DNA from: a virus
Reading direction: 5' to 3' (one strand)
Virus record (IMG/VR): IMGVR_UViG_3300007644_000002
Coordinates: 1 to 64,000 of that record
DNA: 64,000 nt
Shown here: in pieces, positions 17,412 through 25,338 of the stretch
Position numbering within the stretch: the first letter of the stretch is position 1
Layout of the letters: the number at the start of each line of letters is the position of its first letter
Notes under the pieces: model-generated
What the model saw: the letters and a program-made list of their open reading frames with translations, nothing else
The model's database searches: none
Told to the model about the DNA's origin: nothing
Made by a program: the position numbers and the translations under genes

Positions 17412-18549
17412 TATACACCTTCAATACGTTCTCATAAACGCTCTCTGCGACTGCTTTCATCATTAGTGGAGGAACCATACGACCAACACGTTCTGCCTTC
17501 TGGTTCCACTTACCCGTGAGTTTAAAATCATCAGGAAGTGACATTATACGCTTTAATTCACCTAGTGTCAACTTTCTTGGTTCACTCCAGTGAAATGCGC
17601 CGGCAGTAGTGTCACCATTACCCATTGCGGTAAGAGTAGGAGCAGGAGCTTCGAGAGATACACGTTTAAGGTTGAAGTGATGTCCTTTAGGATGATAGTC
17701 ACCACCAGTCAAGACCTTATCAGGGAACCTTGGCATTAGAGATCCCGTGTCTTTCCAGTAGGCGGTTCTCTCGAACTTCTCGGTCAGGTATTTGACTTCT
17801 TCGTCATCATACTCCAAACCAAGGAGAGCATCCTTCAGTGGAATTGTGGTGTTAGATGGTGTAGGGAATAAGTGATTCATTGTCAAGAAATGTAGACCAA
17901 CCTTGTCAGCAACATCTTGTCTCACGGCAATGAAGATTACACGTGAACGAGTTTGCGATACACCATAGTAACGAGCATCTAGTACTTCCGACACAACCTC
18001 GTAACCAATATTCTCAAACTCATTTAGAATACGTGCGTAGTATTCCTTAGCCTCACCAATAGTAAGACCTTTAACGTTCTCCGCGATAATAACCTTGGGT
18101 TGAATATCGTTAGCAACACGAAGGAACTCGAAGAACAGGTCTTCAATATTCTCGACAATTTTACCATCAGAGTATTTTTTAGTTTGTCCCCATCCATCAG
18201 AATGTTTGCCATCCGATGAATGGGAAAGTTTCCCTGCGACAGAGAATGCTGAACACGGGGGTGACCCGTCAAGAATGTCCAGTTCACCTTTCTTGAGACC
18301 GACAAGGTCTAGAAAGTCTTGACCAGACAATTCTTTGATATCGTTGGGGACGATAGGAGTGGTAGGATAGTTATCTTTGTAGGTGTTACGTGCTTCTTCG
18401 ACAAACTCATTGATCGCGAGAATATCACCACCGGCAAGACGATAACCAGTGGATGAACCGCCACCACCCGCAAAGGTGGAGACTACGTTAAATTTCTTTT
18501 GAGATGCTGCGTCGTAAACATCTTGTAATGTATAGGGGGTGTAAGTCAT
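17401..18549 (-). CDS. DNA cytosine-C5 methyltransferase homolog, putative carboxymethyltransferase
   Basis: Motif I FAGGGG, IV GSPPCSAFS, VI ENV, VIII QTRSRVIF; motif X reads VGRMVPP rather than IGNAVPP. Confidence 0.9.
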   Translation of the reverse strand: MTYTPYTLQDVYDAASQKKFNVVSTFAGGGGSSTGYRLAGGDILAINEFVEEARNTYKDNYPTTPIVPNDIKELSGQDFLDLVGLKKGELDILDGSPPCSAFSVAGKLSHSSDGKHSDGWGQTKKYSDGKIVENIEDLFFEFLRVANDIQPKVIIAENVKGLTIGEAKEYYARILNEFENIGYEVVSEVLDARYYGVSQTRSRVIFIAVRQDVADKVGLHFLTMNHLFPTPSNTTIPLKDALLGLEYDDEEVKYLTEKFERTAYWKDTGSLMPRFPDKVLTGGDYHPKGHHFNLKRVSLEAPAPTLTAMGNGDTTAGAFHWSEPRKLTLGELKRIMSLPDDFKLTGKWNQKAERVGRMVPPLMMKAVAESVYENVLKVYNER

Positions 18550-18575
18550 AATATACCTTCAGTTGTATAAGTTGC

Positions 18576-18604
18576 ATTATACAGTATTTAGCGTAGTATG
18601 TCAA
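18576..18604 (-). promoter_or_regulatory. sigma70-type promoter P1 of the MTase operon
   Basis: TTGACA(18604-18599), 17 bp, TATAAT(18581-18576). Confidence 0.85.
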
Positions 18605-18643
18605 CTAGAATATAGCACATACAGTCATTCAATTCATGCTGAT

Positions 18644-18672
18644 ATTATACATGACTCTGAAGGGTTTGTCAA
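18644..18672 (-). promoter_or_regulatory. sigma70-type promoter P2 of the MTase operon
   Basis: TTGACA(18672-18667), 17 bp, TATAAT(18649-18644). Confidence 0.85.
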
Positions 18673-19469
18673 TCAATTATTGCGAAAAACTTGTGTCGTG
18701 TCCAAGGTTCATTAATATGAGTCTCATTATAACCGTGATGGTCTTGAGTAACTAACAACCTCTTAGAGATGACTTGAGTGGTAGGTGTAAGAATACCTTT
18801 ACCATTCTTGTCAAGCATATTGAACGGTTCGCCAATGTCGCGACAAAAGGTCAAAGTATCACACCCATGCCATGGATGTATAGCAGTATCAGATAACCCC
18901 AGATAGTTTACTTCAGGTAGTGCCAGATGAGACGTGGTGTACGTTCTAAACAATCTCTGTAGGGTACAGTACGGGCCGCAGTTGATTGGAAAATTATTAT
19001 TAACAAGAGTATGATTCGCCCAATGAGCAAACCGTCTATCTAGGGAATACATCCCCATAAACAAACCTATGTTGGCGTAAAGCATACTGTCCGACGCCTT
19101 CGCGAGAGATTTAAACACCTCGTATCGCTCAGGAATCAGATAGGTATCATGTTCTATAACCCAAAACTTCTCACCGGACTCTGCTTGTTGTCTCATGAGT
19201 TCCCAATGAGAACACATTCCTGCCTTCTCTGTAGGAGAGTGATCGTCCTTCGCGTTACCAGAATGTAGGTCGACTCCCATGAGACTAGCCTTCCAGTTGT
19301 AACGGTCTACATGTTCTTGAAACGTATCAGACTCAGGAGTGATAGCATCAAACACTTCTATACCATCAATAAACCCATCGTCAATAGCACATTGAAAAGA
19401 CTTCCGAGAAATCTCAGCATACTCTTCTGACCTTTCATTACCCTTGATTACTATCTGTCTTACTTTCAA
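18669..19469 (-). CDS. GT25-like glycosyltransferase
   Basis: FDAITP, SPTEKAGMCSHWELM, VIEHD resemble GT25 blocks. Confidence 0.6.
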   Translation of the reverse strand: MKVRQIVIKGNERSEEYAEISRKSFQCAIDDGFIDGIEVFDAITPESDTFQEHVDRYNWKASLMGVDLHSGNAKDDHSPTEKAGMCSHWELMRQQAESGEKFWVIEHDTYLIPERYEVFKSLAKASDSMLYANIGLFMGMYSLDRRFAHWANHTLVNNNFPINCGPYCTLQRLFRTYTTSHLALPEVNYLGLSDTAIHPWHGCDTLTFCRDIGEPFNMLDKNGKGILTPTTQVISKRLLVTQDHHGYNETHINEPWTRHKFFAIID

Positions 19470-20239
19470 GAAATTCTCCTTTTGATAAACTCTTCCTGAT
19501 TACCACTTCTTAACCTACAATGAACAAACTTAGTAGTTGGGGTTCTCATATCATTCCAGATTTCAGACACATTATTAAAAAGCTTCACGCTGTCTGTCCA
19601 TATATGACCATTCCAGTCCTGACTTAACAATTGTATGTCAGCATTATTCTTATGTAACATATACTGAAGATATGGTTGAGCGGTCAGAAAATATTCATCA
19701 GGCATTCTATTTTCAAAGTCATTTAACCTAGGTGCCTTATCAATCATCCACTCTACGTATTCAGGTAGGTCAAACCAGTTCCTCGCTTTCTCTCTGATTT
19801 GTTTTGAATACAACACGACTCCGCTGTTAAATGATACATCAACAACAGCAACTTCTTCCTTCCATTCTTTTAGTTTCTTTAGTTTAGTCGGAGGAATTCT
19901 ATCATGGAAGGTTTCTTCGACGACTCCGACTTCACCCGTGAGTTCATCAAATATATTATCAGTCAGTCCCTCGATAGGAAGAACATCAACGTCCGCGTAA
20001 AGAATTTTGTCGTATTGGTCAAACCGAGGGTCTAGTAAGGGTTTCAGTGAACCGAAGTACACGTCATTATTTTGGATACGATTACCAGTAGTGTATTGGT
20101 AATGTGTTTGTAAGAAATCGGTATTATGCTCGAACATGTATTCAACACCGACAGTCTTAGCATATTCTGTCATAAGATGAACGCCCGCTTCTACTTCAGG
20201 GGTGATATCACCATCGAAATATTGATATATAAGATTCAT
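19466..20239 (-). CDS. GT-A fold glycosyltransferase (GT8-like), paralog B
   Basis: ILYADVDV, FNSGVVLY, QPYLQY, WNGH; colinear with the 14908-15768 protein. Confidence 0.7.
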   Translation of the reverse strand: MNLIYQYFDGDITPEVEAGVHLMTEYAKTVGVEYMFEHNTDFLQTHYQYTTGNRIQNNDVYFGSLKPLLDPRFDQYDKILYADVDVLPIEGLTDNIFDELTGEVGVVEETFHDRIPPTKLKKLKEWKEEVAVVDVSFNSGVVLYSKQIREKARNWFDLPEYVEWMIDKAPRLNDFENRMPDEYFLTAQPYLQYMLHKNNADIQLLSQDWNGHIWTDSVKLFNNVSEIWNDMRTPTTKFVHCRLRSGNQEEFIKRRIS

Positions 20240-20257
20240 TCATCAGTTTCCATAATT

Positions 20258-20287
20258 AAAAAAAAGGGAGACATTGCTGTCCCCCTT
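20258..20287 (-). terminator. intrinsic terminator
   Basis: GGGGGACA-GCAA-TGTCTCCC stem followed by T8. Confidence 0.85.
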
Positions 20288-20293
20288 ATTTAG

Positions 20294-20401
20294 TTAAGCA
20301 AGTAAGGTTAGACAATACATAATGGTATAGCCACTAAGTACCGCAGCACAGATAACACCGATTTGGTCAATACGACTGTTATACGATTTTCTCTTTTGCA
20401 T
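20294..20401 (-). CDS. 35 aa small membrane peptide (not in ORF track)
   Basis: GAGGA SD; MQKRKSYNSRIDQIGVICAAVLSGYTIMYCLTLLA; ends just before the terminator. Confidence 0.5.
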   Translation of the reverse strand: MQKRKSYNSRIDQIGVICAAVLSGYTIMYCLTLLA

Positions 20402-20831
20402 TTTTTGTTTCCTCGTTAGAATTGATTGATATCTTACGAGGCTTCTGACTATCAGGTATTACGACTTCCAATTTTATGGCAAGTAACCCATTCCTGAAAT
20501 CAGCTCCAGTTACTTCAACATACTCCGACAGACGGAATTGTTTCTCAAACTTCTTAGTTGAGATACCCTTGTGAATATATTCCCTACCACGGTCTTCATG
20601 CTTACCTCGAACGGTAAGTGTGCGGTTCTGTATTACGATATCGATTTCATCTTCACCGAAACCGGCACATGCTAATTCGATAAGGTAATTGTTACCCCCA
20701 GTAGTAATAATATTATGTGGGGGAAAGTTATCGCCCGAGTTGCGTGAGACGCGGTCTAGGTCTTGAAACATAGAATCGAATCCTACGAATGCTGAGCGAG
20801 GGAATAGTGATTTTGTTGCTGTGTTTGTCAT
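20379..20831 (-). CDS. small heat shock protein (Hsp20/IbpA-like)
   Basis: FPPHNII, IELACAGF, YIHKGIS, F-x-L-x-E-Y-V-E-V, NGLL, KPRKISI. Confidence 0.93.
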   Translation of the reverse strand: MTNTATKSLFPRSAFVGFDSMFQDLDRVSRNSGDNFPPHNIITTGGNNYLIELACAGFGEDEIDIVIQNRTLTVRGKHEDRGREYIHKGISTKKFEKQFRLSEYVEVTGADFRNGLLAIKLEVVIPDSQKPRKISINSNEETKNAKEKIV

Positions 20832-20837
20832 GTAATG

Positions 20838-20890
20838 ACTCCTTAATTAAAAGCAAGTATAATAGGATACCCGAACCATTCGGCATATCC
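20838..20890 (-). promoter_or_regulatory. ROSE-like RNA thermometer in the hsp20 leader
   Basis: ACUUGCUU pairs with AAGGAGU (SD) with a bulged G; second hairpin upstream. Confidence 0.6.
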
Positions 20891-20898
20891 TGAGTCGC

Positions 20899-20906
20899 TA
20901 TTTATA
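20899..20906 (-). promoter_or_regulatory. T4-type late promoter for hsp20
   Basis: TATAAATA. Confidence 0.75.
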
Positions 20907-20918
20907 CAAATAACAACC

Positions 20919-21458
20919 TTAGTAGTATTTCGACGGACAAGGGTCACCTTCAACTCCGAAGGAGAAGGAGACTCGTGATTCTCGTGGAATTACTTGATGA
21001 TGCGTACCTCGGGGGAGGTACACGTACATACCCGGCTTAAAATCAAAAGGTTCATTGTTATTGACACCTTCTACTTTTAAACCGACAGTGCTGATCACTT
21101 GGACGAGAAAAACGTCCATAGAGTCTTTATGCCAAGGGTATGACCCACTCGCACGACCAAATCCACTAAACGCGATGTTAGTGATTTTATTGGCGTGTAG
21201 GGTGAATACGTCTTGCATCTCTTCATAAATGTTCTTAGCAAACTCCGGAGCACTTCCGCGAGAATGAAACTTATTTAATCCGATACGCATTTTGTCTGAG
21301 TTGCGATCATATAGATCGTCTGGATGCGAGTCCATCATCTTCATGAACTCATTCCAGCTGTAGGTATCTTCCATATTAAACGGAAGACTACCCACAAACG
21401 GAATTTTATTTTTTATATTGTCGTCACGGTTTTCAAAAATATCATAATAATCTGACAT
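20919..21458 (-). CDS. JmjC/cupin 2OG-Fe(II) oxygenase
   Basis: WHKDSMDVFLVQ (HxD), PGMYVYLPRGTHH, RVSFSFG. Confidence 0.8.
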   Translation of the reverse strand: MSDYYDIFENRDDNIKNKIPFVGSLPFNMEDTYSWNEFMKMMDSHPDDLYDRNSDKMRIGLNKFHSRGSAPEFAKNIYEEMQDVFTLHANKITNIAFSGFGRASGSYPWHKDSMDVFLVQVISTVGLKVEGVNNNEPFDFKPGMYVYLPRGTHHQVIPRESRVSFSFGVEGDPCPSKYY

Positions 21459-21478
21459 GATTTAGGTATTCCAAATAA

Positions 21479-21889
21479 TTAATTATTACCTATATTGTAC
21501 TTAGGCTGTAATGTCCAGTTGGCCTTATCTTGGTACGATATAATTTTAATCTGCCTCATCGGAGCGCAGTCTTTAGCAACTTCTTTATTCACTATGGCAA
21601 CAAGACCCCAGTCCTGTAATAGAGTTGCTATGGTATTGCGACGTTCTACATCGCCTTCCTCAAGATTACTTTTCTTCCCATCTAGTAAAAACAGTTCTTT
21701 AAAATGAACTATGAAGTATCTACCCTGCTTATGTAGGATATGACAAGATTGGAATAGAGTATTGTCGCGACGGGATGCGACACCTATTCTGGTCAAAGTT
21801 TCTCTAACTTTGAGGAAGTCATCTGGCTCAGCCAACGTTATTTCTAACATCATATCTAAGTTCCATTTAACGAGATTTTTCTCTTCCAC
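21479..21889 (-). CDS. regA: RegA translational repressor
   Basis: PDDFLKVRETLTRIG, QSCHILHKQGRYFIVHFKELF, RRNTIATLLQDWGL. Confidence 0.95.
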   Translation of the reverse strand: MEEKNLVKWNLDMMLEITLAEPDDFLKVRETLTRIGVASRRDNTLFQSCHILHKQGRYFIVHFKELFLLDGKKSNLEEGDVERRNTIATLLQDWGLVAIVNKEVAKDCAPMRQIKIISYQDKANWTLQPKYNIGNN

Positions 21890-22274
21890 CTTTATACACC
21901 TTATTTTTTATTACGCTGATCTGTTCATCAGTCAATAATGATAGAGCCTGCCTGGCCTTTTCATTACTGTATCCATAATATTCTTTTATTAATTGAATGG
22001 CATCAGTCTGACTTGCTTTATTCCACTTAGAAAATCTCTTTCTTTTCCTAACAATATTTATAAGAAAGTCATTCTGAAGTCGCACACTAATATGATGTAA
22101 TCTGTTCATTTCGTTGGCAAGAATTACGGTATCTGAGAAGTAGGATAGAGACCTATTAATCAGATAACTGTTATAATATGTATCATTATCCGCGTCTCCG
22201 ACCAACAAATTCTTCTTGGTGTCATTAATGCTTTTTACGAAGTCAAAGGGACTTAATTTTTTAGATTCGGTCAT
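21867..22274 (-). CDS. 62: clamp loader small subunit gp62
   Basis: SPFDFVKSIN, INRSLS, RKRFSKW, EYYGYSNEKA. Confidence 0.9.
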   Translation of the reverse strand: MTESKKLSPFDFVKSINDTKKNLLVGDADNDTYYNSYLINRSLSYFSDTVILANEMNRLHHISVRLQNDFLINIVRKRKRFSKWNKASQTDAIQLIKEYYGYSNEKARQALSLLTDEQISVIKNKVYKGGREKSR

Positions 22275-22917
22275 CTATCTTACACCATCCTCTTCTAAAG
22301 TCTTTTTCATATAACGTATTAATTCTAGCAATCTGGTCTGCAGTCATGATACCATCGTATACTTTCATAGTACTAGCGTTGTCATGAATGTTTAGTCTAT
22401 CCGCAGACAACCCCAGAGCAGAGGACTCATTTATCAGCACTAGTAATCTATTTAGTTCACTGATATCTACGACAATATCGTAGTCTTCCGGAACGCCCAT
22501 GTACCATGACTGAGTATAGAAGTGATTATTTTTAACAGAACCATCTTCCATAGATATAATAACTTTTTCAATGTCACTATCCAATGAAGGAAGTTCATTA
22601 CCACGGCCGCTGCGAATGTGGCGGGCCTGGTTCGCTACGATGTACTCACACGCAGATTTGAATCTATCAATTGGATCTCTTCGAACCGCAAGTCTAAAAC
22701 TATCCTTACGGAAGGGAATATCGAATTGGTCTCCTTCTTTGCGGACTTTATCTAGTCTACCCGCACGACCAATATACTCATCGTGACCTCTATGAATTCT
22801 ATACAATTCTTTTAGGGTAGACATACCGTTCTTGGGGCAAAGTCTCACATCAACATTATTAGGAAAATATAATACGTTATCGGCGGGAGACATTTCATAT
22901 AGTGAAGTATTTTGCAT
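22261..22917 (-). CDS. sulfotransferase family 2-like protein
   Basis: 5'-PSB-like PKNGMSTLK, RDPIDRFKSA, NHFYTQ, LYEKDF. Confidence 0.7.
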   Translation of the reverse strand: MQNTSLYEMSPADNVLYFPNNVDVRLCPKNGMSTLKELYRIHRGHDEYIGRAGRLDKVRKEGDQFDIPFRKDSFRLAVRRDPIDRFKSACEYIVANQARHIRSGRGNELPSLDSDIEKVIISMEDGSVKNNHFYTQSWYMGVPEDYDIVVDISELNRLLVLINESSALGLSADRLNIHDNASTMKVYDGIMTADQIARINTLYEKDFRRGWCKIDDRI

Positions 22918-23861
22918 TATGCTTTTATTTCCACGTTTGCCATGACCTCAGTGAGGCAGGCGACTAGGTTAAGTTCGTGATCTTGAACAAACGCATTCTT
23001 ATATTGATAATCACCAAGTATCAGCACTAATTGTGGAATACTATTGGGCACAACATAATCATACATTTTATCGTATATGCCGCGAAAGATTGCGGCGGGC
23101 TCTATATCTATATTATTTACGACCCAAGAACGCATACTCTTAAAGTTTTTATCTCGAATAGCCTTGAATAACGCAGTATATGGGTCAGAGACTTGCTTAG
23201 CTGCTGTTAGCGGGATGTTCAGAGTGCCAGAGATAGAACCACGCTGCATCTCATTGATGACCCTGCGCCAGTCAGGAGCGTGCCGCATGATGAGGTTTGC
23301 GATCACGTTATTATCAAACTGAACGTTCTCTTCTTTGAGAATATGTTGGGCGCGAGACATGAATTGCCCACACAACTGAACCATAACTGTTTTGTTAAAA
23401 TTGAACTGGTATTTGGAACATCTAGAGTGAAGAGGTTCGATAATACGGTTCTCGAAGTTACAAGTCATAATAAAACGACAGTTCTTAGAAAACTCTTCGA
23501 TGAACCCACGGAGAGCAGGTTGGGTCGATTGGGGATTGAGGTAGTCCGCCTCATCTAGGATGACAACTTTGTAACCACCCTGTAAGGATACCGAGGAAGC
23601 AAACTGTTTAATCTTACCACGTAGGGTATCAATGTTACCTTCTTCCGACCCGTTCACAATGATGTAATCTACGTCCAGTTCTTCACAGATAGCACGTGCG
23701 ACAGTAGTCTTACCAGTACCAGCGGTACCAGTGAACATCATATTAGGAATCTCGCCACCATCGACGATTTTCTGGAAGGTGGTCTTCAGTTCTGTAGGAA
23801 GGATTGTTTCTGAAACTTTTGATGGGCGATACTTCTCAACCCAAAGGAATTCTTTGCTCAT
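22917..23861 (-). CDS. 44: clamp loader large subunit gp44
   Basis: LWVEKYRP, GTAGTGKTT, ILDEAD, PLHSRC. Confidence 0.95.
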   Translation of the reverse strand: MSKEFLWVEKYRPSKVSETILPTELKTTFQKIVDGGEIPNMMFTGTAGTGKTTVARAICEELDVDYIIVNGSEEGNIDTLRGKIKQFASSVSLQGGYKVVILDEADYLNPQSTQPALRGFIEEFSKNCRFIMTCNFENRIIEPLHSRCSKYQFNFNKTVMVQLCGQFMSRAQHILKEENVQFDNNVIANLIMRHAPDWRRVINEMQRGSISGTLNIPLTAAKQVSDPYTALFKAIRDKNFKSMRSWVVNNIDIEPAAIFRGIYDKMYDYVVPNSIPQLVLILGDYQYKNAFVQDHELNLVACLTEVMANVEIKA

Positions 23862-23904
23862 GTGTTACTCCATAATAAAATAAATGTATCTTTCAACGAG
23901 AGCT

Positions 23905-23933
23905 ATTATACTACAATAACTCTCTCATGTAAA
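23905..23933 (-). promoter_or_regulatory. sigma70-type promoter for gp44
   Basis: TTTACA, 17 bp, TATAAT. Confidence 0.7.
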
Positions 23934-23939
23934 TAGGTA

Positions 23940-25028
23940 TTAATCAAATAAGTTAAATAAATCTAAAGATTCCCACGGCCAGTAGGTGTAACCAAAATGT
24001 CCCCACCTCGCGGTCTCTTTTAAGTTTATGGAAAAGAGATCGAAACGGTCAATGATTCCTTTGGGTGTCAGGTCAACAGTATCCAGAACCAATTTTACGA
24101 GGTCTTCGCGCACTTGTCCGTCCGCATAGATGTATAAACTAGTGGGTTCTTTCACACCAATAGCATAACTCAACTGAACGGTACAGTTACTCACACCAAA
24201 AGAATGAACAATATTCTTTGCGATGTAACGTGCCATATATGCGCCAGAACGGTCAACCTTGGTACAGTCTTTACCACTAAACGCACCACCACCATGTGGA
24301 CAGTACCCACCATAGGTGTCTACAATAATCTTTCGACCAGTAACACCAGCATCACCATCAGGGCCGCCAATGATAAACTGACCTGTGGGATTAATAAGAT
24401 ATTCAGTTTGGTTATCGACCCAATCACCGAGACATTTTTTGATAAGTTCTTTTATATTAGTTCGTACAATCTCTATATCTTGCTTTGCGGTATGTTGCGC
24501 ACTACAAACGACTTTAGACACTCGAAGAGGTTTACCTGTTTCAGCATAATCGACAGAGACCTGAGACTTGATGTCGGGGCCATACTTTGAATACGCACTA
24601 ACACTTTCTATTATCTTTTTACTGAGACTAATTGCGAGAGGCATATAGGTATCGGTCTCTGTACACGCATAACCAAACATTAGTCCTTGGTCACCCGCAC
24701 CGAAGTCATCAGTACCTAGAGCGATGTCAGCAGATTGACCGTGTAGTTCATTGTAAACCTTTAAGTTTCTCCAATGGAAACCATCTTGTTCGTAACCAAT
24801 TTCATACACAACGTCTCGAACAATCTGTTCAATACGTTTCTTGTCAAACTTATCGCTCTTATATTCTCCAGCAAGGACTACCATGTTAGTAGTTACAAGG
24901 GTTTCGACCGCAGCGCGATGGGAGGGGTTTTTATCTATCAGGTAGGTTGCTACAGCATCAGATATGATGTCAGCAATTTTATCGGGGTGGCCACTACTAA
25001 CGCTTTCACTAGTAAAAGTGTAACTCAT
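23940..25028 (-). CDS. metK: S-adenosylmethionine synthetase
   Basis: FTSESVSSGHPDK, GAGDQG, GRKIIVDTYGG, HGGGAFSGKD, KVDRSGAY. Confidence 0.96.
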   Translation of the reverse strand: MSYTFTSESVSSGHPDKIADIISDAVATYLIDKNPSHRAAVETLVTTNMVVLAGEYKSDKFDKKRIEQIVRDVVYEIGYEQDGFHWRNLKVYNELHGQSADIALGTDDFGAGDQGLMFGYACTETDTYMPLAISLSKKIIESVSAYSKYGPDIKSQVSVDYAETGKPLRVSKVVCSAQHTAKQDIEIVRTNIKELIKKCLGDWVDNQTEYLINPTGQFIIGGPDGDAGVTGRKIIVDTYGGYCPHGGGAFSGKDCTKVDRSGAYMARYIAKNIVHSFGVSNCTVQLSYAIGVKEPTSLYIYADGQVREDLVKLVLDTVDLTPKGIIDRFDLFSINLKETARWGHFGYTYWPWESLDLFNLFD

Positions 25029-25052
25029 AATAAATTCTCATAATATATAAAA

Positions 25053-25128
25053 TGGAGCCGCCTATCCGATTCGAACGGATCACCTGCTGATTACAAGTCA
25101 GCTGCTCTACCAAATGAGCTAAGGCGGC
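25053..25128 (-). tRNA. tRNA-Thr (anticodon UGU)
   Basis: GCCGCCT/AGGCGGC acceptor stem, GCTGA-CT-TGT-AA-TCAGC anticodon arm, encoded CCA. Confidence 0.95.
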
Positions 25129-25155
25129 ATTTACTTTCTAACTATTAGTATATAG

Positions 25156-25338
25156 TCAGAGTTTAACTATCAATGTTACCAGTATAGCAAGTAGTAACAT
25201 ATTAGTCGTAAAGATTTCTATCGCTAGTATTGTGTGATACCAAACCCAACGAGTCTTGTAAGCATTCTCGACGGTAATATCGTCGGGGTCTGCATCGGTC
25301 ATTGGTGTTGAGGTTATTCCTCTTAAAAATTTAAACAT
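25156..25338 (-). CDS. small membrane protein
   Basis: 60 aa with a C-terminal hydrophobic helix. Confidence 0.55.
   Translation of the reverse strand: MFKFLRGITSTPMTDADPDDITVENAYKTRWVWYHTILAIEIFTTNMLLLAILVTLIVKL

Noticed and set aside
17401-18549. Restriction-modification system
   Set aside because: No recognisable restriction endonuclease adjacent
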